DNA of 52,272 nt from Acanthaster planci (taxonomy: Eukaryota), in assembly GCF_001949145.1 (NCBI RefSeq), contig NW_019091355.1, positions 6,039,068 to 6,091,339 of the forward strand, given 5' to 3'. Below the pieces are notes generated by a model. That model was not told where the DNA came from. It made no database searches and saw only the letters and a list, made by a program, of their open reading frames with translations. Positions 1 through 52,272 of the stretch are shown here, in pieces (position 1 is the stretch's first letter; the number at the start of each line of letters is the position of its first letter). Made by a program: the position numbers and the translations under genes.

Positions 1-439
1 CCTACAATCACAACCCATCATTGATACAATCATTTTCATAGCCTTGGGCTTACCTGTAACCACTAATCACAAAAATATTTTAATGGATGTTGTAAAAGAA
101 GACAGAGTTATAAAGTTTCATATTTTTGTTGAATGAATTGATTTGCTTCTTAAGCAGCAAGCTGCAATAGCTACATGTATTCTGTTGTAGTTAGAGTGAC
201 AAGAAACACGCATCATGGCTGCTTTGCATAGCTACATGTACATACAAGTAAGTCTAAATAGACGCATCAGATCCTCTGTGTGCAAAACAAATTGGAACCA
301 CTTTGTGTGAGGGCATATGTACATGACACCCAGAACAATGGGCAGGCCTTCCCCAGGTTAAGGGGACAACTTTACTTGTTAGGAAATGCCAACACAAGTA
401 GGTGTGTGAACAGAAATGTGTTAACATGCTGCTTATGAA

Positions 440-2000
440 ACTTATGCCCTCTGACATGAACTGCTTTAATTATTCATATGTCACATGAACAATGATAATG
501 TCATCCTGACTTCATTATTTTAGTATGATCTGTGTTAGGGTCTGCTATCAACACATAATGTTCATTTTTGTCTAAAATGCATCCTTTTCTCAATCAGACA
601 TGTAGTTCATGAGATACAAATGTACCTGATGATAATTATCATGTGACTCGTCCTCTAATGACATCATCACTGAGGTCAATTTTTGTCTAAAGCACTCCCA
701 TTCTAAGATATCTGCAAGGTTTGAACCCAATTGGATATGTATTTATGAAATGTAGCGCTTTGAAGATGAGAAGGCATTTTAAAAAAATAAGCTTTGAAAA
801 TGTTAGAATGAACAGAAAATGTTGGCATTTAATGAATGTTACATAATTGAATCATATTGCTGAGTTCTGAAGACTGGCTGGCGAAAAACATGTATAAAAC
901 CTATAGCAGAAAATTAAATATTAAAAAATCATTAAGAAATTAGGTGATGTCATCATGACGTGATAAATTTAGCAAAATTCTTTTATCAGGGTCTTTGTTG
1001 GCTGTAACTTTGGTGAGGATCAAACATAAAGTTATCAAAATAGTGGCATGAAAACGTGTACAAAATGAATGGGCTGAAATAAACATTGAAAAATCATTAA
1101 TAAATCAGATGATGACATCATCATGAAGTCATCCAATTAGAATAATTTTTGTATCAAGGTCTTTCTTGGCGTTCACTTTGATAACCATCAAACATCACAA
1201 AATTATTAAAATGGTTGTTTGAAAACATGTACTGTACAAAGTCAATGGGCTAAAAGCACTACACGTATGAAAAAACTGCTCCTTTAAATTCGTGTCACAT
1301 GAGTTGCATTTTGACGGAAAACATTTAATGAAATATTACTTGATATTTTGACTCTTGGGTATATTTGCAATCGAACGGAAGAGAAAATTTAGTCTTATTT
1401 CTCATTCGTTCTGGCAGTAATTCTCGGTTGAAGTTGAGAGTTACTCACTCCCGTTTTAGTTATGCACAAAGTTTCAACCCAATCAGACATGTACTTCACA
1501 AGATATAGCACTTTAAAGAGTGCCCCTTGAATGTCAGATGACTTGTCACATGATGATGTCACAATCGCATGAGGTCAATCCACGTCTAAAACTCTTAGAT
1601 GTCAGATAACTTGTCACACGATGATGTGACAATCGCATGAGGTCAATCTACGTCTGAAACCCTTGGATCTACATGTACATGTATTCACAAAGTTTCAACC
1701 CAATCGGATATGTACTTCACGAGATATAGCACTTTAAAGAGTGCCCCTTGAATGTCAGATGACTTGTCACACGATGAGGTCATTATGAGAACTTGTACAG
1801 GAACCTTTTCTAGCTTGTGGCCTTATAGTGTGTGCCCCCAACACAAACTCAGTCAGATCGATAACAGTGCAAAAGCAGTCTTCCTGTTGAAGAACAGTTT
1901 AAAAAAATGTATGGGGAAATTAAATATTCAACATTTCAAAATAAATCAGTGGAAGAAACTTGTACAAAAAAAGGGGGTTGGGGTCAGACGAAGATGATGA
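440..2000 (+). repeat. Degenerate tandem-repeat-bearing interspersed element (Helentron/HINE-like)
   Basis: Recurrent blocks gatgatgtcatc...gaggtcaat...aagttt(c/g)aacccaatc(a/g)gacatgtacttcac...tttaaagagtgc; same family as 2620-4070. The family name is inference. Confidence 0.55.
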
Positions 2001-2029
2001 AGAAAAACTAGAGGTTTTATCTGTCTTAA

Positions 2030-2608
2030 CTACTTGCTGCCGGGTGCTTTTAAAAATGCTGTGCACACATATGGGCCATTTTGAAGATTTTCAGTTTTCA
2101 AAAATCTTTAAAATTCATCATTTCATTTAATGGATGTTTATACCCACATGAATGACTGTTTGGTGGCTACTCTAAGCTGATAGGCAACCTTCATTGACTT
2201 CTGAGTATTTCAGCCAGGCCTGCCGCCCTGTAAAGAGAGCCCAAAATTTGTGAGGTGTTCCGTAATTTCCTTTGTTCCCAGTGAATGCGAGTGGCATCTT
2301 TTCAAATGCGAATGGATTAGCATGCAGCGGGGCTGTGTCGCTCATCAATGGGGGCCCTGGAACAATTTTGTCCGCGGTGCTAATCCACGGTTGCACTATG
2401 CCCAAAACAGTGGTATACTGTTTAAAAACAGTGATGGATTACCTTCGAAAAATGCAAGCTGAAAAATGATGGCAGTTCCCAGCAGCAGGCCTTTTGTTCC
2501 GAGTACAGTCTTTTGTTACATGGACCAGCTCTTTTGTCCCATTTTGGGCAGCACGGCCCTGTGTATAAAACCATGGTACCAAAAACAGAGTTCCCTGGCA
2601 GCAAGTGG
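2030..2608. mobile_element. piggyBac-type non-autonomous element (MITE), family A copy 1
   Basis: TTAA at 2026-2029 and 2609-2612; TIRs CTACTTGCTGCCGGG / CCTGGCAGCAAGTGG; homologous copies elsewhere in the window. Confidence 0.85.
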
Positions 2609-2619
2609 TTAAGGACAGA

Positions 2620-4070
2620 GTAAAGGGCTTTTCGCATTTTTCTTTTTTTTGTTAAGAAAAATTCATGGGAGATACTTCCACATTTCCATTTCTCTCTTTC
2701 TGCTTAAAGATCTACTCCAGAGCTACAAATTATTACAAAAATAATTCCAATATTTTCTTTGGTGACGTTATAATGACAAATGTGGAAACCCTTCCAGACA
2801 TTAGAAGATATGGTATTAACCTTTTTATCACTTCACTTCGTCTGTAAAACTTCCATTTCTCGCTGTCTACCAAATTTCAACCCGATTGGACATGAACATC
2901 ACAATATATTGGGATCTAAAGAATGTACCTTTAATCTCAACTTGATTTCTCACCTGATGCTGTCATCTTCACACGAGGTCAATATTTGCCTAAGTCACTT
3001 CCCTTTCAAGATATCAGCAAAGTTTGAACACCACAGGACATGCTATTAAGGAAATGTAGTGCTTTAAGCATTGCACCTTTCATATTACGTGAATTACTAC
3101 CTGATGACGTTATCCTCTCATCAGGTCAATTTTTGTCTAAAGAATTTTCCTTTTAAGATATCAGCTAGGTTTGAACCTAATCAGATGTACTTTTGACATA
3201 AAGTGCTCTAAAGAGTGAATCTTTAATGTCACGTTGTCACCTAATGATGTCATCCTCACAGGAGGTCAGTATCCATTTAAATCACTTAACTTTCAAGATA
3301 TCAGCAAATTTTGAACCAAATCGGACATATTCTTCAGGAGATATAGTGCTTTAAACAGTGCATATTTGATGTCACGTAACTTCTCACCTGATGAGATCAT
3401 CAGCACATGACGTAAATTTTCCTCTATAACACTTCCCTTTTTAGTTCTCTGCATGGTTTGAGCCCAATCGTGCACTGTACTTCACCAGATACAGTGCTTT
3501 GAAGAGTGCACTTTTAATGTCAGGTGACTTGGCAAATGATGACGTTATCATCACATCAGGTTAATTTTTGTCTGAAGCCTTCTCTTTCCAAGATATATGG
3601 GAGGTTTGAACCCAATCAGACATGATACATGTATTTAAATATTCAAAATTTAATAACAAATCACTTGATGACGTCATCATGACTTTATTATTTTAATACT
3701 ATCTTTGTCTTAAGGCCTTTGCGTGGTGTAACTTTGATTATGATCAAAGCCTCATAAACATGTACAAAGTCAAATGGGCTGAAATACCGGTAAATATTAA
3801 AAAATCAATAAGAAGTCACTTGATGGTGTCATCATGACGTCCTTGCTCTTTGACCATCTATACACAAGGGTCCTTCATTGATGTAAGTTTGATGAACATC
3901 CAAAGTTGCTCAGGAATTGAAGTCGATGGTGGAAGAAACATGTATAAACAAAGGGACTTGGGGCAGACGAAGTCAGAAGAAAAAAAACCCAAAACACAAC
4001 TTAAGTAATGCCTTCTCGACTTGCGAAAAAGCCAAAAAAAAAAAAAGGAGAACAAAAAGAATGCCCAAAA
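2620..4070 (+). repeat. Interspersed element with an internal ~147-bp tandem array
   Basis: Anchor ttt(c/g)a at 2875, 3023, 3170, 3310, 3457 and 3605; ends in an A-rich tail with gccttctcgacttgcgaaaaagc hairpin-like motif. Confidence 0.7.
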
Positions 4071-4197
4071 TTTACGTCACTGGATTGGTTCAGTACTTGG
4101 TGGGTATTTCAAGTTTCATGTGTGATGGTAACGTCCTCTTTTCATTTGAAGGTAAAAAAAAAAATTACATCTCACATAATGTAGTTTCTCCTCCCAG

Positions 4198-45504
<41,307 letters not shown>

Positions 45505-46419
45505 AATTTCTCATTGGTGCAGTTTCCAAGGGATTCTGTACAGTTTGTTTTCGTGACATCAGATTTCCCTTTTGCCCTATTCGGTTTTTGGTTTGTTTTT
45601 GTTTTAGCAAGTATTTAAAGTATTTGTTACATGACAGTAATTCAGCTTTCATGTTTCTGTTTGCATGCACTTACATTCCACAAGGCATGAGTAGTATCAG
45701 TCAAAAAGGCATTCCCAGTCCCAGACGGATGCAGGATTAGATACAGTTGTATTTGACAATGCCAAGTAGGCAGTGCGTCCCACAGTTCTGTGGCTCACAG
45801 GTATGTAAAGCAGGGGGCTGGGCCTCACAGGACAGTGGGACTGTGCTATCTTGCTGTTCCTTCAGTCTAATTCTTATCATTTTCTTATGATTTGGAGAGA
45901 GCAGTGGCCATGCATTTGATAAACAGACTTAATATTTTAGCCTGGTTCTGCAAGGAACATTTTAAGATTCTTTATCAATTCATTTTAAATCTAAATGTTT
46001 TATGTGGACATGTGAAACCTAAGGTGTATGTGTTCAGTTGTTATTTACCAATTGTACATTTATGCCATCAATGGTTATGGATTGCTATTAGATGTATGGA
46101 ACATATATTCCATCTGCGAACTACATTTACACAACTTCATGCATGTATTTAATATTAATAACTCATAAACCAAACAGCATACTCCAGGTCAGTTCTGTGG
46201 GTGCTGTTATGTACTTGTTTCTGTCATATACATGGTGTCACCGATTTTGTTAGTGAGCTCAGCATTGTCTAGTTTTAAAAGTTTTTAGTGTCTTAGTGAA
46301 TATTGAAAGAGTATTGACATTAAGTGTTGCAGACGTCCATGTTTTGAAAGGAACATATGTATACAAAAAACAGTACTGTAGTCGAGACCATGTCAAAACC
46401 AAAACAAAACCAACACAAA

Positions 46420-47380
46420 ACATTTCATTCATTTTAATTTAATCATTTAAACAATTAACTTCAATTAATTTATTCATTATCCCAGCATGAAACTATTTTT
46501 CTCGCTTTGTACCAAATTAAACATACAATGGATCAAAACAGAAATTAAAAGTAAAGATATAAATGTAAAAAGGATAAAACATCCATTAGAAGTAAAAATT
46601 AGTAGAAATATTACACCAGATATCGATAAACCTCCTAAATGTCACAAAATAGGCCACATCGAGGAATACCTGGGGACATTGGAGAGAGAACGAGGCCAGG
46701 CAGAAATAAGATGGGGAGTTAACAGTTTAAGAGGAGGACACACACGCACACACAAAGTACAAGAATATAAGGAAATGAAATGTACATAACAAGGGAAGGA
46801 AACAGAGGAAGTTATAGGATTGAAACAAGGCATGGAAATGAGCAAAGAGAAACAACAAGAAGAGAGAGGGATACACAGTAGATGAATGGCAATGGGCAAC
46901 AAATAAAATGATGATAAATAAATAAATAAATAATAAACTAAAAGACGCGTAAATGAGAGCAGAGGGGGAGGCAGGGGAAAACATTAATGGAAGGCATTTC
47001 AAACAAAAATACCTCGAGTATCGCCACACCAAAAATAGCAAAAAGGCAAGTGATATGACGAAACTGTGGTTAAAACAAGAATTTGCATTAGGTACCGCTG
47101 ACAGACGATAAAGATTTGTATTGGATTAGGGGTGACGTTATTTGCCAGACATACTATAAACAAAAATATGTGAAGTGGGTGAGTATTATTATTGATCTCA
47201 AATATTGGACAGTAACACCAATTATTATTTCTGGCAGATTTAATGTTTCTATTGTTTTGTCAACATTATCTACCGGTAGACCATTTACCCACGTAATACA
47301 GGACAACATAACAGACACTTTGATAAACTATCCAAAGAACTACAAAAATGCATTCCATTGTCATTCATCATCCTGTTACT
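46420..47380 (-). mobile_element. Possible 3' end/UTR of a LINE
   Basis: AT-rich tail-like repeats at ~46420-46480, a purine-rich + strand body and a minus-strand CFNHSF resembling a LINE ORF2 C-terminus. Confidence 0.3.
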
Positions 47381-49363
47381 TCAGATTGGGCTTTTGACTT
47401 GTCATGTGACTGGTCTTGTGTCATGCTGTCATGGTCTCAATTGCAGTACAATGCATTTTATTTTTGCATCCATACATTTCATCTCTCCTCAGACATTGCA
47501 CCAGATTATGAATGACCATCTTTGCTTAAAGTAGCCTGCTAGTATAGTCCAGGGTTGAATGATACAGTAGGCACTGAAACATTGGGGGGCTCAAGAAAAA
47601 CTTGGGAGCCCCCTAAAAATACCAGAGTGTGCTTTGAAACTCAAACTCACAGAATTGTTTTAATTTGAGAGTCTGTATCTGCATTTTTATTGTTTGAAAC
47701 GCTTCCAACAAGCTAGCCCAGTGTAACGTGTAACATCAACATAAATTACATAAGTTCCTGTGCTTCGAAAATCAGTGGTGGTGACGCTCACTGAATATGA
47801 ATCTGTGGTTGAACCTGACTTCAGAGGTCAGCAATACATAATCAGTTTGTTGGAGCTGTTGGTAGTAAGTTTACAGTATACGAACTTTGAAAGTTTTTTT
47901 TTCTGTTATATGTTTGGTTGATCTTTCTTTTATTGTTTAAACGCAGAGAATGAAGCATTTAGGTTTGTCCATTGTGGTCACGTCAGTTAGGAAAGACACG
48001 GGGCTATATTTAAAAGCACATTTACAACTCATTGGGCATATGCATTCAGTTTGGTATTGCTGTTCCTGAGATTAAGAACGAAGTACATGCATGTATTATT
48101 ATTTCTGACATCCTAGCTTGGGTTGGTTTTTCCCTCTTCCAAAGAGTATGTCCATTGCTGCTTTTGTGAGCTGGTTTCTTTGGCCATGGAGGAAAGATAC
48201 AAAGAGTTTGAATTGGCCGGTCTACAACATTTGGCCAATTACCGCTTTCTGGCATGCCCGAAATGTCCATATCCAGAGCGCAGGATCAGGAGCGTTTCCT
48301 AACGCATCATTTGTTTCGCAGTCATGAGACCCTTTTATACCCAATGATCATCGCCGCAATTTTTCGCTGGTAATCTGCATCCTTAAAACTTTGTGTACTG
48401 AAGTATAGGACATTGAATAGTGTTGATTCGTTGGAGCTTGGTATGCTCTCTCAACAATATCAGATTTAATGTCTTCTGCAGTTGCTTGTGTTAGGGCGTG
48501 TTCGCTAAATGCTCATGTGCTGTTGCATGTATCGCCCTTTTCGAACGCTTTCTTTTGGAGCTATGTTTGGGAAAAATAGCCAGTTTATTACCTTTGTGTA
48601 TTATTGGAATCATATTTATTACTGCATTTATACAAAGGCATATTTCATAAGATCACATTGTCACTTCTTTTGATGAAATAGCGCATTTTGTTCATGAACT
48701 CAGCTTTTCAGTGGTGGTCAACATGTTTGCATCGTAGCCAAATTCGTACCAAGTTTTTAAAAAGTGATGCTTTGGAGGAATAAAATAAAATTACAAACAC
48801 TGCATGGATATTTGAACAGCGTATTAAAATAAAAGTTCGTTCACGATGGCAAAGGTAGGTCTAACGTTAGGGATTTTTCTCTTTCTATTTCCTGGTTACA
48901 GCGATAAGTTTTCAATTTGAAGCAAAGCACCAGTATAACTAGAATATTACTGGCCCCACTTGTCTGGCTAAGATGCGGGAGTAACCGGGCATCTTTGGAA
49001 TGATTTCTGTTATTCGTCTGACTGGTCGGCGACGATCATTGGGCACTTTGAAGTGCCAGAGTTGTAACTCCTCCTCAGTCTTTTCTCCATTCTTTGATAT
49101 GCTGACTGATGTTAAACAGTGTAGCATCTTTACTATCAGAAATAGTATCAGAATTAGCCCCCCCCACCCCTAATAACCCTTAGAGCCAACATCAAATATT
49201 TCCAGTTCTGAAAATGGTGATAATTCTGGAAGAATGTGCAGTTTATAACTAAGGTTTCCCTTTAAAAAGTGCCTTTTGGGTACTTAATTATTTTTGCCCT
49301 TCAGCAGTGGGATTTATATGATCGCCGGGTGTCCGAGTATGCAAGAAAGTAATGAAAAAGCTT

Positions 49364-49425
49364 ACTCGGGTGGAACCTGAACCCACGACGTCTTAACAGG
49401 CGTCTTATCCACTCAATCACCGAGC
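49364..49425 (-). repeat. tRNA-derived sequence (SINE head or tRNA pseudogene)
   Basis: Minus strand GCTCGG-TGATTGAGTGG (A-box-like)...GGTTCAGGTTCC (B-box-like)-ACCCGAGT, with acceptor-like pairing but a shortened anticodon arm. Confidence 0.45.
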
Positions 49426-50388
49426 TTGCTGATCAGCTGGCTCGTTCGAGTCTTTTAAATTGTTGACACTGTAGTCACGGTCCCACTCTGAAAATGGGAG
49501 TAAACGATGATTTAAAAAATTACTTCGGTAGAGGGCAGAACCAAATGCTAAATTTGCCTTTCTGTGACGCAAAATTCCACCAACAGTAAGTGAAAACTGT
49601 CAAAATAGTCTTGACGGGAGTGTTTCATTGAAACTTTATCGTCTGTGATAAATCAATGTTTTTATTGTGTATCTGCTTTAGTACTCCTGTCCAACACCGC
49701 ACCCTCTATACATTTCTAGGTATTTTTTAAGAACTTTATCTTTTAAAAAGTGCTTCAGTACCCTTTTCATTATTGTTTTTATTGGAGCAGAAGAACTCCC
49801 TGTAGTATAATACATTCCAGAAATGTATTCACTGACATTCGAGAAATTTGATATTTTGAACTTCAAACAAAGTTGTTCATGGTCTAAGGTTCCGGTCAAA
49901 GCCAAATTCCACGATATGAAAATGTCTCTTTGATCTTTCAGTGACTGCATTGTATTCATACTATTGCCAGATTCAAGGGGGCTAACGGGAGCCATACCCC
50001 CGGATAGGTTCTTTGGGGTAGTAATTACAAAAAGACGATTTGTTGAGAGAGTTTTTCATTTACCTTCCAGCCCAAAACATGTAAAAAGGCTTTTCTCAAA
50101 AGGTTATAAAAAGTCGTGTGAAGAAATTGCAATGTTTTTGTTCCCCCCTCCCCCAAAAAATCAACCCCCACAAAAGAATTGATTTAGGTTCCACCAAGGT
50201 GCACACAATCACAATAATTATGTTAGAAATAGTTTCAGTTGTCGCCCAGCGCCGAACAGGGTGCTGGGAAGGGCTGATGGCTTTGCATTGTGTTGGTTAA
50301 ATTTTGCACGACCTGTGACCTCGAGGTTATCACAATGTTAGCGAAGCGTTATTTAAATTTTTGGTTCAAGTGCCAAAGCATATGAAGT

Positions 50389-50897
50389 NNNNNNNNNNNN
50401 NNNNNNNNNNNNNNNNNNNNNNNNNNNNNNNNNNNNNNNNNNNNNNNNNNNNNNNNNNNNNNNNNNNNNNNNNNNNNNNNNNNNNNNNNNNNNNNNNNNN
50501 NNNNNNNNNNNNNNNNNNNNNNNNNNNNNNNNNNNNNNNNNNNNNNNNNNNNNNNNNNNNNNNNNNNNNNNNNNNNNNNNNNNNNNNNNNNNNNNNNNNN
50601 NNNNNNNNNNNNNNNNNNNNNNNNNNNNNNNNNNNNNNNNNNNNNNNNNNNNNNNNNNNNNNNNNNNNNNNNNNNNNNNNNNNNNNNNNNNNNNNNNNNN
50701 NNNNNNNNNNNNNNNNNNNNNNNNNNNNNNNNNNNNNNNNNNNNNNNNNNNNNNNNNNNNNNNNNNNNNNNNNNNNNNNNNNNNNNNNNNNNNNNNNNNN
50801 NNNNNNNNNNNNNNNNNNNNNNNNNNNNNNNNNNNNNNNNNNNNNNNNNNNNNNNNNNNNNNNNNNNNNNNNNNNNNNNNNNNNNNNNNNNNNNNNN
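50389..50897. other. Assembly gap (N run)
   Basis: Run of N. Confidence 1.
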
Positions 50898-52272
50898 CTT
50901 GGTGTCGGTGGAGGGGGGTGCGTTTGGACCCCGCTTAGGTCGCAGTGATCCGTGGATGGCCAAGGCCAGCAAACGTGGCTACAGAGGCTGGGGTGCTTCG
51001 AGCACGAGCTTGGACCGGTCCGCCAGTGGCTGGTGGCAGGGAGTGACCGGCCTGAGTGGGAGGACATCTCCGACTCCGGCGCCGGGGTCAAAAGCTGGTG
51101 GTCTAGTTGGGAAACACCGCGCCTTTTCCGAGGAGTCTTGCAAGTAAAGTGGGCGAGGGCCGACGGGGGCCCCCACCTAGAAGATTGCCGCAGGCCAGGG
51201 TGGCAGAGGTTTTACTTCTTGCCCACAATCACCGAACTGCTGGACACCTCGGGGTCGTTTGGACCGTGGCCCGACTCAGGCAGGCTCCTGTGTATTGGAG
51301 GGAGATGAGACGGCAGGTCGAGGAGTGGTGCCAGAAGTGCCATCTCTGCAGTTGTAAGAAGTCCCCGCCGCGTCCCGGGAGAGCTCCGCTCCGACAATAC
51401 CTGGTGGGGGCCCCATGGAGTGGATCGCCATTGATCTCACCGGACGCCTGCCTCGAACCAAGGCCGGGAACACCAGCATAATGGTAGTGGGTGTAGGCGT
51501 TTCCCCTTCCGGATCAGACGGCTGAGACTGTGGCCAAGACCCTCGTGGAGCAGGTGATCACATGCTTCGGGACACCCCTCGAGATCCACATGGATCAAGG
51601 GCGGGAGTTCGAGGCGGGCCGGTTCTGCGGGGTCTGCCGGCTGTTGGGTATCCACAAGACCAGGACGACCCTGTTCCACTCCAGTCCGACGGCATGGTCG
51701 AACGGTTCAATCGAACCGTGAAGACCATGCTGAGCATGCTTGTGGCTGAGAATCAGGACGAGTGGGACGAACATCTCCCCTACGTCCTGATGGCCTGCTG
51801 TTCCTCCCAGCACGATAGCACCAGGCTCACACCCCGAACATGCTCATGCTTGGGTGGGAGGTGGAGCTTCCCCTGGACGTCGTTGTCGGGTCACTGGGGG
51901 AGCGGACAGAGACTACCGAGGCACTAGATTACGTCAACGAGCTGAGAGCGAGGCTCACACGGGCCATTGAGTTTGCCCGGCGACACCTGAGGCGGACTCA
52001 GAGCTACCAGAAGCAGCAGTACGACCGGCGCGCCCAGGTGGCCGGGTTCGAGCCCGGCCAGGCAGTTTGGCTGTTCACCCCCAAGAAGAAGGTCAGTCGT
52101 GCCCCCAAGCTGCAATGGTGGTGGGACGGACCCTTCGCGGTGCTACAACGCCTCAACGATGTGACCTATAAACTGCAGCGTACCGCCCAAGCGAAGCCCC
52201 AGATCGTGCATCACAATCGGCTCAAGTGCTACCTGGGCGACGTGCAGCTCGGATGGCGGGAGCGCGTGGCCC
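50898..52272 (+). mobile_element. Gypsy/Ty3 LTR-retrotransposon integrase region, frameshifted
   Basis: HHCC zinc finger AHNHRTAGHLG...WCQKCHLC; IAIDLTG; FGTPLEIHMDQGREFE; QSDGMVERFNRT; WDGPF (GPY/F); much higher GC than the flanks. Confidence 0.93.

Noticed and set aside
1..4197. RAG2-like partner gene convergent with the RAG1-like ORF (ProtoRAG layout)
   Set aside because: This region is tandem-repeat and MITE sequence; no kelch or PHD coding signal was seen, and the transposase is cut off ~50 bp from the GFPT exon.
48846..48910. ATGGCAAAG|gtaggt as the first coding exon of a downstream gene
   Set aside because: Splicing to the next plausible acceptor (48901) gives CGA TAA, an immediate stop; no other support.
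49364..49425. Functional tRNA gene
   Set aside because: Too short, with a defective anticodon arm and B box; listed only as tRNA-derived.

Overview
AT-rich, intron-rich animal genomic DNA (probably a marine invertebrate; this is inference). The backbone is the 3' part of a + strand GFPT/GFAT gene (glutamine:fructose-6-phosphate amidotransferase). Eleven GT-AG coding exons between 4198 and the stop at 45504 splice in frame into the complete isomerase (SIS) region, ending ...PRNLAKSVTVE*; the 5' exons were not found. The introns hold many decayed transposons. The most notable is an antisense, intron-containing RAG1/Transib-like DDE transposase pseudogene (~4340-6391) that mixes RAG1-like and Transib-like motifs and has an unrecognised N-terminal domain. 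Also present: a CR1/L2-type LINE with nested TTAA (piggyBac-type) MITEs, several DIRS retrotransposon remnants (one carrying four covarying hairpin repeats), a Tc1/mariner transposase remnant and MITE, ~147-bp tandem arrays, a 30-bp minisatellite, a possible Polinton fragment and, downstream of the gene, a Gypsy integrase remnant. Recurrent +6-bp TA>TACATGTA insertions look like Tc1/mariner excision footprints. There are two assembly gaps. All family calls come from motif recognition by eye, not from database searches.
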